Source: a candidate division FCPU426 bacterium (lineage in GTDB: Bacteria > Oederibacteriota > Muellerivitia > Muellerivitales > Muellerivitaceae). Taken from it: a DNA stretch of 64,000 nt. Positions 37,401 to 47,212 of the stretch are shown here, piece after piece; within the stretch, counting starts at the first letter, position 1, and each line of letters opens with the position of its first letter. The translations under genes and the position numbers were made by a program. The stretch covers positions 800,001-864,000 of the forward strand of contig CAVRAL010000004.1 of NCBI GenBank assembly GCA_963719085.1, written 5' to 3'. Under the pieces are notes generated by a model, which had not been told where the DNA came from, ran no database searches, and was given only the letters and a program-made list of their open reading frames with translations.

Positions 37401-38327
37401 TTTGGGGTGCCCCTTTCCGCTTCGGTCAGCTGTACCCGTCCTTGGGACATCAACTGGTCCGCCACGGGCACTATTTCCAAGCCGCCCGAATGGGGGATGG
37501 CGGTCACCAACAATGGCTACAACAATGGTTATGGAAACCCAACCTCCATGCCGATCACCTTGTCCATTCCGGCGGTCAGCGGAGTCAGCCGGCTCTTTTA
37601 TACTTCGGATGACACCAATTCGGGAGTGTCGAGTTGGAAGGCCACCGGTATTGTTCAAATGACCAACGCGGTCTCCCAAAGGGCCTATGTCCTTGAGAAC
37701 GGGTTGGCCACATCAGCCCAATTCGGTCCGGAACCGCTGGGCAAAACCTCCCTGGTTTTAATGTTGAGGACCTTTTTGGACGGGGGTTTAATGTCCGGGG
37801 TCAGCCAGGTCGGGCACATCACCCAATTGCCCTTGGTCCAGGAGACGACGCCGGAAGAGGCGATCGGCCAATACCAGAATCCTCAGACCATCCATGTGGT
37901 GGTGAGCAGCGCCGTCGCCAATACCACGAATGTCTGGTACCGTTTCGGCGGGTTAACTTCCGCCTCGGGGAATTTTTACACCCAGGAATATCCCGGCTAT
38001 ACCAGTTCCGCCCCGCTGACGGCGAGCACCTACAGCGAAGCCACCAGCCAGCAATTTATCTTGAACTTCAAATACGCCAACGACGCGGCTCCCGCCAGTT
38101 GGTATTACATGAGCAGCGGCGCTCCCATCGCGAGCCAGGCCCAAACGGGCATTGTCAGCTATACCAACGCGGTAACGGTCAGTTCCTTCCCGACGACATT
38201 CGCTTGGAATGTCTCGGATTCGACGACGTTCCCCCAGGCCGATTACGATGTCCGATGCGAGGTTTATCGCCAAGGGCTTCCGCTGCATTACAGTTTCCAC
38301 ACCATTACCTTGACCGTTGACCGTTAG
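34440..38327 (+). CDS. Giant (~1,295 aa) prepilin-type protein; PilV-like N-terminus plus a large S/T/N/G-rich extracellular region
   Basis: Class III signal KRLSQKG|FSVVELAIAVLI; A.Q.FEELK; RBS AGGAG. Confidence 0.85.
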   Translation: MKRLSQKGFSVVELAIAVLIMGVMVGTIMGARTFMAKQTQTNADKAFATEKAIQMFEELKALASSSQQGIEVLDSYTSSNYDPVLTTDINVDAPTTGVANPLDPLSQNKAYRGGWRFVRKVLVQNTGDDYTRVVYVWVYGAMGNSYTSTSNLPLLAQVTGIVRTNNSVQSPAQVLDVYLLAVQNVQGWWSQVDSLESTYTQIIKDLQDVNNSSIYIRPHYITRLSYGRDPYYAPYVNVSQNTVSDPGAWVYLYPGSVPNDSNVNQEFYEGDVNGVLQAGSFNIDGTILNPYYSTSGSPQTINYSVADQYDDSMRYPAELNFYKSVTQAAATQCNQTSLGVTEISERMLLDGMNSTPQSFANALIVNLHGEMLPMPSMRNYSDAAKDPGNVIYGHSAVTLNGVPVSVAAKDARVVTHPELLYYPTTVVNASVTVRLRVYAYYDGLDSCAVTGTGGVTNVKTGDPELPAISVFLPNYYLPYTSASTGMALTDVSGNSAVTYKDIAVTYLSTGASAATFVSSLSTDPVTAVVSNPTTQTTLITLYNTRLRCPSGLNNTGLNPLNQLYGLEYIPCSADVTAPVTTLANPITFTNQDLSSTTANVPKNTARWILQLNSVPTTLSTTGNWQPPTTGNQPLVIETRIGAGVTTSSAGASFSALQSAGGTITGTTIVVNDVPTNVSQTYAWLGTVPPPYTERFQYTGDPRDCPYLDVKVGGPQVSGLVTIGPCSYNWWFKDITNGSTGVDGYLGFLNTTNAWAVTSGGQAPIAMNEDVPRYLQTLRNGLLATTSIWSTINGWTNYYMGFGGEIGYDQSPFSNSVSYNGTPWSTTKTATTRTVNEIVTESWAGASFKTYKRIPANVTNAAGVKTDMWYAKPWLGELYPDSQFGSFWYTYGNLPTAGSTLVASSLNPVTFYREDSANFNNNVSTYTTTQGFINGTELGKSPGAWGCQSFGGGTPTGLTNGNTLEHDGGANNTQTGTILSLGTTCFSIFGVPLSASVSCTRPWDINWSATGTISKPPEWGMAVTNNGYNNGYGNPTSMPITLSIPAVSGVSRLFYTSDDTNSGVSSWKATGIVQMTNAVSQRAYVLENGLATSAQFGPEPLGKTSLVLMLRTFLDGGLMSGVSQVGHITQLPLVQETTPEEAIGQYQNPQTIHVVVSSAVANTTNVWYRFGGLTSASGNFYTQEYPGYTSSAPLTASTYSEATSQQFILNFKYANDAAPASWYYMSSGAPIASQAQTGIVSYTNAVTVSSFPTTFAWNVSDSTTFPQADYDVRCEVYRQGLPLHYSFHTITLTVDR

Positions 38328-38337
38328 GAAGACCGGC

Positions 38338-39480
38338 ATGCTCTTTCGAAAATCAGGAAAACTTACCTCCCGGGGCCAGACCATGATCGAACTGATGATC
38401 ATCGTCGGCATCATGGGGGTCATCACCCCTTCGGTCATCTTGATCTTCATCAAGATGCGCCAGGGTATGGCCGCCGACGAGATGCATCTGCGCCTGCAAA
38501 CCTTGAATGAACAGACCTTGGGGCGCATCCACGAAAGGATCATCCAGTCCCGGCATGTTTTTCAGGGGTCGGTGACCAGCACCAATTCCTCGGGGACTTC
38601 CTTCGCGAACGCCATTTCCATTCAAAGCGGGGATCCCGCCACCTTGGTCGGTTCCCAGATGGCGATCGCGCAAACCATCGCCACGGGAAGTTTGTCCCCC
38701 GCCGAAGGCGCGACCCCCGCCTTTTTCGGAGACTGCCTTTTGATGGGATGTTACGACACGTCCCAGACCATTTATAAATCGGGAGCGGCGACCGCTTATC
38801 TGGCCCCCGTCAGTGTTTCGGGCGCGGGGGTCAGCCAACAAGTCGTGAACGCCGGGGTGACTTCCAACTTGCCTGTAACGGTGGTTTTGGACGCCTACCG
38901 CTTTTATTATTATTACCTTTCCACCAAGGGCGTCCGACAGGTCAAAAACGCCACCGATTACAATTTGACCGAATGGCAAAGCGTCCAATACGCCGATTAC
39001 CGGGAATTGGCCGATATTCCCGATACCAATCTTCAAACTGAGGCGGCCAGCTGGCTGGCAAATCCGCCGACCGCGTCAGGGTACAAAGCCATTACGGTGG
39101 CTTGGGACCCCGACGCGGAGGATCCCACCCAGGCTTTTTATTCGCTCAGCAGCGCGGGCATCGGAAGCGTTTTGACGTCCTACAAAATTTTGGAGGCCCA
39201 ACCGGCGGTCAACCTAACGCAAATTTCTTCCGGGATCCTCAGCGGCGGTTTTAATTACGGCGTGGCCGGGAACACAGCTGGATTCGTGGGAAGCGCCGCG
39301 GTGCCACTCTACGGCACGGCTTCAGGTGTTTTCCCGGGAGGATTTGAGATCGGCATGTCGGGGTCGGGGACCGGGCTGGAAGTTTTGGTCCGAGAGCTGC
39401 TGATCGCCTCCGGCGCCACCGGCACGGGCGGGACTTGGAACGACAACACCATGGTCACCAACGCCCGCGACGTTTGGTAA
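38338..39480 (+). CDS. PilW/GspJ-like minor pilin
   Basis: RG|QTMIELMIIVGIMGVI with E5. Confidence 0.8.
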   Translation: MLFRKSGKLTSRGQTMIELMIIVGIMGVITPSVILIFIKMRQGMAADEMHLRLQTLNEQTLGRIHERIIQSRHVFQGSVTSTNSSGTSFANAISIQSGDPATLVGSQMAIAQTIATGSLSPAEGATPAFFGDCLLMGCYDTSQTIYKSGAATAYLAPVSVSGAGVSQQVVNAGVTSNLPVTVVLDAYRFYYYYLSTKGVRQVKNATDYNLTEWQSVQYADYRELADIPDTNLQTEAASWLANPPTASGYKAITVAWDPDAEDPTQAFYSLSSAGIGSVLTSYKILEAQPAVNLTQISSGILSGGFNYGVAGNTAGFVGSAAVPLYGTASGVFPGGFEIGMSGSGTGLEVLVRELLIASGATGTGGTWNDNTMVTNARDVW

Positions 39481-39513
39481 GCTTCGTTTTCTCCTTTTCC
39501 CTTAAGAGGTCTT

Positions 39514-39843
39514 ATGGCGGATGATTTAGCCCAAAAGCGTTGCGTCCCTTGCGAGGGCGGCACGAAGCCCTTGCCCCCAGAGCAAATCCAAACGTATCTG
39601 AAGCGCTTGCCCGGATGGGTTTTGGCCAAGGACGAGATCGTGAAGACCTATTCCTTCAAAAATTTTCATGAAACCATGGGCTTCGTCAACGCGGTCGCCT
39701 TTATCGCGAACCGCGAGGACCATCATCCCGAAATGGAAGTGGCCTACAAGACCTGTCAGGTGCGCTACAGCACCCACGCCATCGGCGGCCTCTCAGAAAA
39801 CGACTTTATTTGCGCCGCTAAAATTGAGGCCCTTCTTAAATAA
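39514..39843 (+). CDS. phhB: Pterin-4-alpha-carbinolamine dehydratase
   Basis: CVPCEGG, EDHHP and THAIGGLSENDFICAAKI. Confidence 0.95.
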   Translation: MADDLAQKRCVPCEGGTKPLPPEQIQTYLKRLPGWVLAKDEIVKTYSFKNFHETMGFVNAVAFIANREDHHPEMEVAYKTCQVRYSTHAIGGLSENDFICAAKIEALLK

Positions 39844-39896
39844 ATTTAACCTCTCCCGCTGGCCTTATGGGCCGACCAAGCGGAACATAATTAATG

Positions 39897-40037
39897 TGTC
39901 ATTGCGAGGAGCGTCTTTCGTGGGTTTTAGCGACGAAGCAATTCCAGTTTATGGCTTTCGATGCGCTGAAAGATTTAGACCCAAACAACCCATAAACTGA
40001 GATTGCTTTGTCACGAAGTTCGTTCCTCGCAATGACA
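39897..40037. repeat. Long GTCATTGCGAG/CTCGCAATGAC palindromic element, family C
   Basis: Three nested inverted repeats: TGTCATTGCGAGGA/TCCTCGCAATGACA, AAGCAAT/ATTGCTT and CAGTTTATGG/CCATAAACTG. Confidence 0.85.
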
Positions 40038-40149
40038 AATTAGACAATAAGTTTTTTTTATTGGAAGCCCAATTTAAGGCTGTAACTTTCAGGCTCACCC
40101 AGCCTTATATTCCAAAGTCGTCAGCCGTTCAAAATGTCCCGGAGGTTTT

Positions 40150-42024
40150 ATGCCGTCACCGACCATTACCGAATCTTCCGCCGGGTTGACCCTGGAGGAG
40201 TTTTTAAAACGCTATCCCTGGCCCGACGAGTGGCTTCAAAAGGGAAAGCCCATGCATTTTTTTTGGAAGTTCGACCTTCCGGTCTCCGTCGAAAAACTTT
40301 GGCCGCACCTGACCGACCTGTCTACCTTCAACCGCCGGGTGGGATTGGGCGCCATGCGTTTCACGGAAAAAAACGGCAAGCTCCAGGGCTTCGCGGTGAA
40401 TGTGGGAACCCGCATGGTCTGGGAAGAAGTTCCCTGGGAATGGGAATACGGGAAAGAATTCAGCCACGCCCGCGTGTACAGCGAGGGGCTTCCTTACTAT
40501 ATGAGGGCCCGTTATCTTTTTGAGCCGACCCAGTCCGGCCATTGCCGCTTGACGGTTTATCTATCCTGGATTCCCCGGGGATTTAAGGCCAAGCTTCTCA
40601 TTAACATCGGCTTAAAACAAATCCGCAAGGGCTATGAAAAGGCCCTGAAAGAAATCGTCCAATCGATCCAAACGGACGCCATCCTTCGCCCGCCGCCCGC
40701 GCCCATCAAGCTGACCGCCGATGGAAAAGAGCGTTTGAAAAATATGGCGAAGGGTTTGACCGAAAAAGGCCTGTCCGCCGGTTTGGCCGAGCGCTTGGTT
40801 CAATATGTGGAGACCGCCTCCGACGATGATATTTACCGCATCCGGGTCAAACCCCTGGCCCGGGAATGGAATATTCCCGAGCGGGAAGTTTTGACCGGCT
40901 TTCTTTGGGGAACCCGCCAAGGACTTTTCAAACTCACCTGGGACGTCATCTGCCCCCATTGCCGGGGCGTGCGCAATGAGGTGAGCACCCTGGGTGAACT
41001 CCCGAAGCGCGGAAGTTGTGAGGCCTGCCAGGTTAACTTTGACGCCACCACCTTCAACGCCCTGGAAGTCACTTTCCACGCGCACCCTTCGGTGCGGGTG
41101 GTGGAAAAACAAGTGTTTTGCGCCGCCGAGCCCGGCAAAAAGCCCCATATCAAGATGCAAAAGACCCTGAAGCCGGAAGATCAGTTAAGTTTGGGAACGC
41201 TGTTGGGTTCGGGCCGCTACCGTCTTCGCATCATTGGAAAAGACATTTATAACCTGTTGGATGTGGACGCCCAAGCCCAGGGCACCGAAGTGAAATGGGA
41301 TGATTCGCTCAGCCAGCAAAACCTCAAAAGCGCCTACTTTCCGACTTTGCTCCTCAAAAACAACGCGGGCCAAGCCAATACTTTTATTTTGGAAGAAAGC
41401 CAAATCGACCAGGACACCTTAAGACCGGTGGACCTGTTTAACTTCCAAAATTTCAGGGATCTTTTCTCGCAGGAAGCCCTGGCGTCCGATCTCAAATTAG
41501 AAATCGGCGTCCAGACCATTCTGTTTACCGATCTGGTGGGTTCTACCAAGTTTTACGAGGTTGAGGGCGACACGGTGGCCTTTACGGAGGTGAAAGAGCA
41601 TTTCAACAAGGCTTACGCCACGGTCTTGAAGCATGACGGCGTCATTGTGAAGACCATCGGCGACGCGGTCATGGCGGCTTTCGCCCACCAGGTTGACGCG
41701 GTGAAGGCGGCCATCGAGCTTCAGCGCTTTTTCAACGACAAAAACCCCGCCACCCGCCTGCGTTTACGGGTGACGCTTAACACCGGTTCCTGCCTGGCGG
41801 TGAACCTGAACAGCAATATCGATTATTTCGGGAATACGGTGAACTTGGCGGCCAAGATCCAGTCGATGGCCGGCGCGGGCGAGATCGCCTTCACCGAAAA
41901 CGTGCTCAACGATCCCGAGCTTCAAAAGCTGATCCAAGACGAGAATATACATTTGGAAAAGCTGGAGTTTGAGATGAAGTGGGCGAAGCGCACGATCCCG
42001 CTTTATCGTCTGAGGGTGGGGTAA
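40150..42024 (+). CDS. Class III adenylate/guanylate cyclase with SRPBCC-like and Cys-rich (DUF5939-like) N-terminal domains
   Basis: CPHC...CEAC; LFTDLVGST, KTIGDAVMA and DYFGNTVNLAA. Confidence 0.9.
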   Translation: MPSPTITESSAGLTLEEFLKRYPWPDEWLQKGKPMHFFWKFDLPVSVEKLWPHLTDLSTFNRRVGLGAMRFTEKNGKLQGFAVNVGTRMVWEEVPWEWEYGKEFSHARVYSEGLPYYMRARYLFEPTQSGHCRLTVYLSWIPRGFKAKLLINIGLKQIRKGYEKALKEIVQSIQTDAILRPPPAPIKLTADGKERLKNMAKGLTEKGLSAGLAERLVQYVETASDDDIYRIRVKPLAREWNIPEREVLTGFLWGTRQGLFKLTWDVICPHCRGVRNEVSTLGELPKRGSCEACQVNFDATTFNALEVTFHAHPSVRVVEKQVFCAAEPGKKPHIKMQKTLKPEDQLSLGTLLGSGRYRLRIIGKDIYNLLDVDAQAQGTEVKWDDSLSQQNLKSAYFPTLLLKNNAGQANTFILEESQIDQDTLRPVDLFNFQNFRDLFSQEALASDLKLEIGVQTILFTDLVGSTKFYEVEGDTVAFTEVKEHFNKAYATVLKHDGVIVKTIGDAVMAAFAHQVDAVKAAIELQRFFNDKNPATRLRLRVTLNTGSCLAVNLNSNIDYFGNTVNLAAKIQSMAGAGEIAFTENVLNDPELQKLIQDENIHLEKLEFEMKWAKRTIPLYRLRVG

Positions 42025-42036
42025 TTAGGGAAGTGG

Positions 42037-42708
42037 TCAGGAGCGGTTTTTTGATTTTCCCGGGGCTGGCGCCTTTTTTCGTTTGGACCCCATGAGGGCC
42101 TTGGCAATCTGTACGAAGGTTGGAATCAGTGACACGAAAATGATCCCCAAGACTACCGTTTCAAAATGCCGGCCCACCCAGGGTAGATTTCCGAACAAGT
42201 ATCCCGATCCAATGCACAGCAGGGTCCAGGAAAGGACTCCGGCTAGGTTGAAGCGGGTGAATTTCCCATAGGTCATTTCCCCGACCCCCGCCACGAAGGG
42301 CGCGAAGGTCCGGAAGATGGGCGCGAACTGGAAAAGAACCAGCGTCTGCACTCCATGCTTCTCGTAGATCTGATGGGTTTTTTCCAAGTACTTACGGTTC
42401 ACGAATTTCCCGAAGACATTTTCCCCGAAGAGGCGGCCGATCCAGTAATTGCTGTGGTCCCCCAAAAGGGCGGCCACCGTTAGCAGCGCCCAGGAAAATC
42501 CTACGTTCAACTGGGCGGAGGCGGAAAGGGCGCCCACGGCGAAAAGCAGGGAGTCTCCGGGCAAAATCGGCGTCACCACCAAACCGGTCTCGCAAAAAAT
42601 GATCCCGAAAAGGATGGCGTAAATCATCACCCCATAAGTTTGGATGAGATCGGGTAAATACTGGTTTAAGTGCAAGATATGGCTCAGCAGGGTGTGAAGG
42701 GATTCCAT
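42037..42708 (-). CDS. dedA: DedA family membrane protein
   Basis: FCETGLVVTPILPGDSLLF and RTFAPFVAG. Confidence 0.93.
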   Translation of the reverse strand: MESLHTLLSHILHLNQYLPDLIQTYGVMIYAILFGIIFCETGLVVTPILPGDSLLFAVGALSASAQLNVGFSWALLTVAALLGDHSNYWIGRLFGENVFGKFVNRKYLEKTHQIYEKHGVQTLVLFQFAPIFRTFAPFVAGVGEMTYGKFTRFNLAGVLSWTLLCIGSGYLFGNLPWVGRHFETVVLGIIFVSLIPTFVQIAKALMGSKRKKAPAPGKSKNRS

Positions 42709-42791
42709 GGAATTTCCTTTTGAGGATTTATATGGTTGAAAACCGCCGATATCTTACCAGGAAAACAAAAAATGGAAGGGCCGCAACCGGC

Positions 42792-44246
42792 TTAAGATGA
42801 AGCCGGAGGCGGATTTTCGGGGTTATCCGGGCCGCTGGTCGCGGGAGTCTCAACGGCTTCGGGTTTGGTCGGGTCTTGCGGCTCATCCTTGGCTTCGCCG
42901 TTGGCTCCCTTGGCGCCTTTGGCTCGGGGGGTGCGTTTGCGGGGGAAGGACAGTTTTTGGGTGTCCTCATCGTAGGCGAAAAGGTTGCCGAACCTCGCCC
43001 AATGCCAGAAGGTCTCGAAGGTCTTCTCGAAATTTTCCGAGGGCAGGTTGAAGATGATGATTTCCTGCGCCACTTCGGCGTCCAGCTTCATGCGGGGGTG
43101 CTTGGCCAAAATGTCGTAAACCTGTTTGAAGATGCGGAGCTTCAGTAGTTGTTCCCGCCAAATCGCCTGCCGCTCCTGGGAGGTGGCCTTCACGAACCGA
43201 AGGCCGTTGGGCGTCAAGACGACTTGGCGCTTGGGCGTGTCGACGAAATCCAAAAGTTCCAAAGCCTTGACCAGTTTGATGACCTCGCCGAATTCCTTGT
43301 CGGTCTCCGTGGCGATCTTAAATAGGTCTTCCTTGCCTTCGCGGGCGTCCAGGTATTCCAAAACCCCGACCATGATGCTGGGCACGGCGTCGGGCAAAGC
43401 CTCGGCGGCGGGCAGCTCGTTGGGCTGGAGCACGGGTTCGGGCACGTCGGGGATTTCATGGCCCGTGATGATTTCATGCAGTTGGTCCACCAATTTGGCG
43501 AACTCGGAAGAACGGTAATCCCGGGGCCGGGGCAGTTTGTTTTCCACGATTTTTAAAATGTGGCCCGGATGGGTGCCCAACACCACGATGCGGTCCGCCA
43601 TAAAAACGACCTCCGGGATGTCGTGGCTGACCATCAAAACCGAGGAGGGATTTTTATCATGCGCGGCCCAGATGTCGATGACTTCCGCGCGCAGGGTTTC
43701 CGCGGTCAGCGCGTCCACATGGCTGAAGGGCTCGTCCATAAAAAGAATTTCCGGGTCCACCGACAGGGCCCGCGCGATGCCGACCCGCTGTTTCATCCCG
43801 CCGGAAAGTTCCCGGGGATAGGTTTCCTCGAAGCCGGCCAGCCCCACCATTTGAATGGCCTTCTGGGCCCGCTCCTCAATCTCGCCCGGGGGGCAGCCCC
43901 GGGATTGCAGGGCGGTTTGGATATTCTCGGCCACGGTCATCCAGGGGAATAAGGCGAAACTTTGAAATACGATGCTCACGCCGGGGTTCAAGTCTTTTAA
44001 GGGCAGGTCGTGGTAGAGCACCTCGCCTTGGGACGGGGGAATGAGGCCGGCCAAAATGCGCAGCAGGGTGGACTTACCGCAACCCGAGGGCCCCAGCAAG
44101 GCCACCACTTCGCGTTTTTGAATGCACAGGTCGACCTTCTCCAAAACCTTCAGGGTCTTGCCGTTGGGCAGATTGAATTCTTGGCTGACGTTTTTGACTT
44201 CAATGAGTTTCAGGTCGCCCTGAATCGCCGTACGGTCGACCGCCAT
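42792..44246 (-). CDS. NitT/TauT-type ABC transporter ATPase with a C-terminal AAA-associated domain
   Basis: [24 protein letters not shown] and C-terminal WARFG.LFAYD. Confidence 0.93.
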   Translation of the reverse strand: MAVDRTAIQGDLKLIEVKNVSQEFNLPNGKTLKVLEKVDLCIQKREVVALLGPSGCGKSTLLRILAGLIPPSQGEVLYHDLPLKDLNPGVSIVFQSFALFPWMTVAENIQTALQSRGCPPGEIEERAQKAIQMVGLAGFEETYPRELSGGMKQRVGIARALSVDPEILFMDEPFSHVDALTAETLRAEVIDIWAAHDKNPSSVLMVSHDIPEVVFMADRIVVLGTHPGHILKIVENKLPRPRDYRSSEFAKLVDQLHEIITGHEIPDVPEPVLQPNELPAAEALPDAVPSIMVGVLEYLDAREGKEDLFKIATETDKEFGEVIKLVKALELLDFVDTPKRQVVLTPNGLRFVKATSQERQAIWREQLLKLRIFKQVYDILAKHPRMKLDAEVAQEIIIFNLPSENFEKTFETFWHWARFGNLFAYDEDTQKLSFPRKRTPRAKGAKGANGEAKDEPQDPTKPEAVETPATSGPDNPENPPPASS

Positions 44247-44263
44247 AATGACACCCCTAAAAA

Positions 44264-44320
44264 AGTTCTAAGTTTTGAGTTCTAAGTTCTTAGTTAACTT
44301 AAAACCTAACACTCAAAACT
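44264..44320. repeat. Heptamer-based inverted repeat element, family F
   Basis: AGTTCTA-AGTTTTG-AGTTCTA-AGTTCT facing AACTTAA-AACCTAA-CACTCAA-AACT, inside the ABC operon. Confidence 0.7.
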
Positions 44321-44327
44321 AACTTAT

Positions 44328-46094
44328 CTACTTGCTCAACGAGTATTTTTCCTCGGCCAACCGGTAAAGCCTTTTCCAAACCAGCCGGTTAAAAGTCACC
44401 ACCATCAGCGACATCACCACCACGCTGGCCGCCAAAACCGGAAAGTTCGCCGAGGAAGCGGCCTCGCTGATTTGGGATCCCAGACCAAAAGCCGTCTGGG
44501 TTTGGCCCTTATTGGTCACATACTCCGCCACGATGCTGGCGTTCCAGGTTCCGCCGGCCGACGTCACCATGCCCGTAATGAGATAAGGGAAAATCCCGGG
44601 TAGATGAACTTTTCGAAAAAGGGCCCAGCCCTTGAGCCCGTACATCCGCGCGGCCTCTAAAAGATCCGACGGGATAGCCATGGCCCCGGCGATGACGTTG
44701 AATAAAATATACCATTGGGCGCCCAATAACATGAGGGCGATCGCGCCCCAGTTCAGGGAAATTCCCATCAAGTGCATCAGCAGGATCACGTAAGAAAAAA
44801 GCATGGGCGCGGGAAAAGACGCCGCCACCTGGACGAAAGGCTGGGTGACCCGCGACAGCTTGGGCGACAAGCCGATCATGAGTCCCACCGGCACCGTCCA
44901 AAGGGTGGAAAGGCCGACCGCCACCAAGACCCGTCCCAGGGTCGCCAGGGCTTCCTCCAAAATGAGTTTCCATTCGGTCAGGCTGACCTTGGTGAAAAGC
45001 TCGATGATTTGCCAAGCGCCCAGCACCATGGCGGTTAAAAGGCCGAAAAAGGCCAGCAGTGAAACGATCTTGACCAGCGGGCTGGTATTGCGGGAGGCCT
45101 TGGGCTTCGCCGCCGAGGCCGTTGGGATTTGGGCGTCCGACACCACGGCGGTTTCGGCGGCCGATTGTTTGCGCCTTAATAACCGCTGGATAAAGCCGAT
45201 GATTTGGGAGCGGTTGAGGAAATCCAAAAACCAGGACGACATGGCCTCCTCACTGCCGCCTTCCTCGACCCTAAACTTTTGCCCCCAAACCACCAAGGGC
45301 CGCCAAAGACATTGGTCCAGCACCACGATCATCACGATCATGGCCAGCACCCCCCAAAGTTTGGCCGCGTCATCGCCTTTGTCCGCGGCCACGCTCATAT
45401 AAGAGCCCAGTCCCGGCAGGCGGAAGTCCTTGTCGCCGAGCTGGAAAGCCTCGCTCACGGTTAAAAAAAACCAGCCGCCGGCCATGCTCATCATGCTGTT
45501 CCAAATAAGCCCCAGCGCCGAAAAGGGGATTTCCAGTTTCAAGGCTTTTTGGATCGGGTTGAAGCGGTAGATGGCGGCCGCTTCCTGAAGATATTGGGGG
45601 ATGGCCCGCAAGGATTGGTAAAAACTAAAGGTCATATTCCAGACCTGGCCGGTGAAGATCATAATGACGGCGGCCAATTCCAGGCCGATATTGCTGTTGG
45701 GGAAAATCGCCACCAGGGCTAAAACCAAGCCCGGCATGAAACCCAAAACGGGGATGCTTTGTAAAATATCCAACATGGGGATCAGGACTTTTTCCGCCAT
45801 GCGGTCCTTGGCGGCCCAATAGCCGTAAGCCAGTGTAAATAAGAAGGAAAGGATATAGGCCATCAGGCCCCGGCAAAGGGAGAAGAAAGTGTATTTGGGC
45901 AGGGCCCAAGGGGAGAGATCGATTTCCACCGCCGCGCGGTGCTGGCCGGTCCACTCGCCCGCCACGGTCATCAGGCCGAAAACCAACCCGATTAGTCCCA
46001 GGATCAGCGCCAAATCGATCCACCAAATTTTCTGGTAACGGGTCAGGAAGGAAGAGGCTTCGCCCCAGATTTTTTTGAATTGGATCATGGCCAT
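44328..46094 (-). CDS. NitT/TauT-type ABC permease with two membrane domains
   Basis: LDILQSIPVLGF, WNSMMSMAGGWFFL, ASFPAP, WYILFNVIAG and EAA motifs. Confidence 0.93.
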   Translation of the reverse strand: MAMIQFKKIWGEASSFLTRYQKIWWIDLALILGLIGLVFGLMTVAGEWTGQHRAAVEIDLSPWALPKYTFFSLCRGLMAYILSFLFTLAYGYWAAKDRMAEKVLIPMLDILQSIPVLGFMPGLVLALVAIFPNSNIGLELAAVIMIFTGQVWNMTFSFYQSLRAIPQYLQEAAAIYRFNPIQKALKLEIPFSALGLIWNSMMSMAGGWFFLTVSEAFQLGDKDFRLPGLGSYMSVAADKGDDAAKLWGVLAMIVMIVVLDQCLWRPLVVWGQKFRVEEGGSEEAMSSWFLDFLNRSQIIGFIQRLLRRKQSAAETAVVSDAQIPTASAAKPKASRNTSPLVKIVSLLAFFGLLTAMVLGAWQIIELFTKVSLTEWKLILEEALATLGRVLVAVGLSTLWTVPVGLMIGLSPKLSRVTQPFVQVAASFPAPMLFSYVILLMHLMGISLNWGAIALMLLGAQWYILFNVIAGAMAIPSDLLEAARMYGLKGWALFRKVHLPGIFPYLITGMVTSAGGTWNASIVAEYVTNKGQTQTAFGLGSQISEAASSANFPVLAASVVVMSLMVVTFNRLVWKRLYRLAEEKYSLSK

Positions 46095-46301
46095 CTCTTG
46101 CCGTGGAGTCGAAACCAATCAGGAAGGAAAAATCGGCGCGAAACGCGCGATGGGCCGATTATCAAACGCCCTCCGGGGCTTGTCAATCCGCAAATGCCCC
46201 AGCGGGATTACGGGCGGGTTAAAAATAAAACGGCTTCAAGGCCGTGGTATGGTACTTATGGTTTCAGTCATCCAGCGGCCATCAAAGGCGGAAGCGACCC
46301 T

Positions 46302-47210
46302 GTGAAAAAGACCCTGATTCTTTTTGTTCTTTTTTTAACCTCAAGCCTGAGCGCGGCGACAGTGGATCCCGCCGCGTGGAAACCCCTGGAGGATTTTTGG
46401 GGCGGGGCGGGCTGGCAGGAAGACGGTTTTTGGGTTTTGGGATTCCCCCGGTCCGATTTGAACGTGATGGTGGAGGGCACGCCCCTGGAAACGACCTTGG
46501 GGCTGACGTCCCATCTTCGTTTCAAAGCCTTGTCCAAGGGGTTTGAGGTGAAAGGGCAACTGGTGCTTTTGGACCAGGAAAGCCGCCGGGTGGAGGACAA
46601 GCTGGTCCTGGACGGGTTTAAATTGGAGGATTTCGGCGATCTTTTGGTGGGAGAGACGCCCGCGATTAAAGTCTTGGATTTTTCCGGCAAGGGAACCGCG
46701 GGTGTTTTGAACGCCGAACTTAAGGAAATTTTGGGGTTTACGGGAACGCCCCTAACGCCCTTGTCTTTTCCCACGCCCGCCCCCGGCGCCGAAAAGGATT
46801 GGGATTCGGCGCAGACCGCGCTGGGCCAAAAGGGCTTCCTCCAGGGGAAAATACTTTGGCTCCTCGCCCAGCCCTTTACGCCCGCGTCCGAACCGGCCCC
46901 GGGGTTTCTTTCGTTAAGGATTCAACGGGACGGGTCGTCCCTTTTGGTTTTGGGCGAGGCGATTCTTGATCCCTCGCGAAGCTCCGAACTTCTGAAGACA
47001 TTGGCCCGCGCCAAGATGACGGTGACCTCGCTTCGGCCTTGGGGCTTGGGCGCGGTTCACGTGAGATGGTGGGGAAGCGGCGAGGAGGCGGCCGTGATTT
47101 CGGCCCTTCAAAAAATTAACGCGCTCAACGTCCCCGCGGGCGAAGCGCCTTCGCCCCAGGAGACACCCGCGCTGCCGGCGAAAGCCACGCCGATGACGGA
47201 AGGTTTTTAA
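46302..47210 (+). CDS. Secreted DUF1259 (LppY/LpqO)-like protein, degenerate
   Basis: Signal peptide from GTG 46302; FPRSDL.V.V.G and G.LVLL..E; the HNH motifs are absent. Confidence 0.65.
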   Translation: MKKTLILFVLFLTSSLSAATVDPAAWKPLEDFWGGAGWQEDGFWVLGFPRSDLNVMVEGTPLETTLGLTSHLRFKALSKGFEVKGQLVLLDQESRRVEDKLVLDGFKLEDFGDLLVGETPAIKVLDFSGKGTAGVLNAELKEILGFTGTPLTPLSFPTPAPGAEKDWDSAQTALGQKGFLQGKILWLLAQPFTPASEPAPGFLSLRIQRDGSSLLVLGEAILDPSRSSELLKTLARAKMTVTSLRPWGLGAVHVRWWGSGEEAAVISALQKINALNVPAGEAPSPQETPALPAKATPMTEGF

Positions 47211-47212
47211 AA

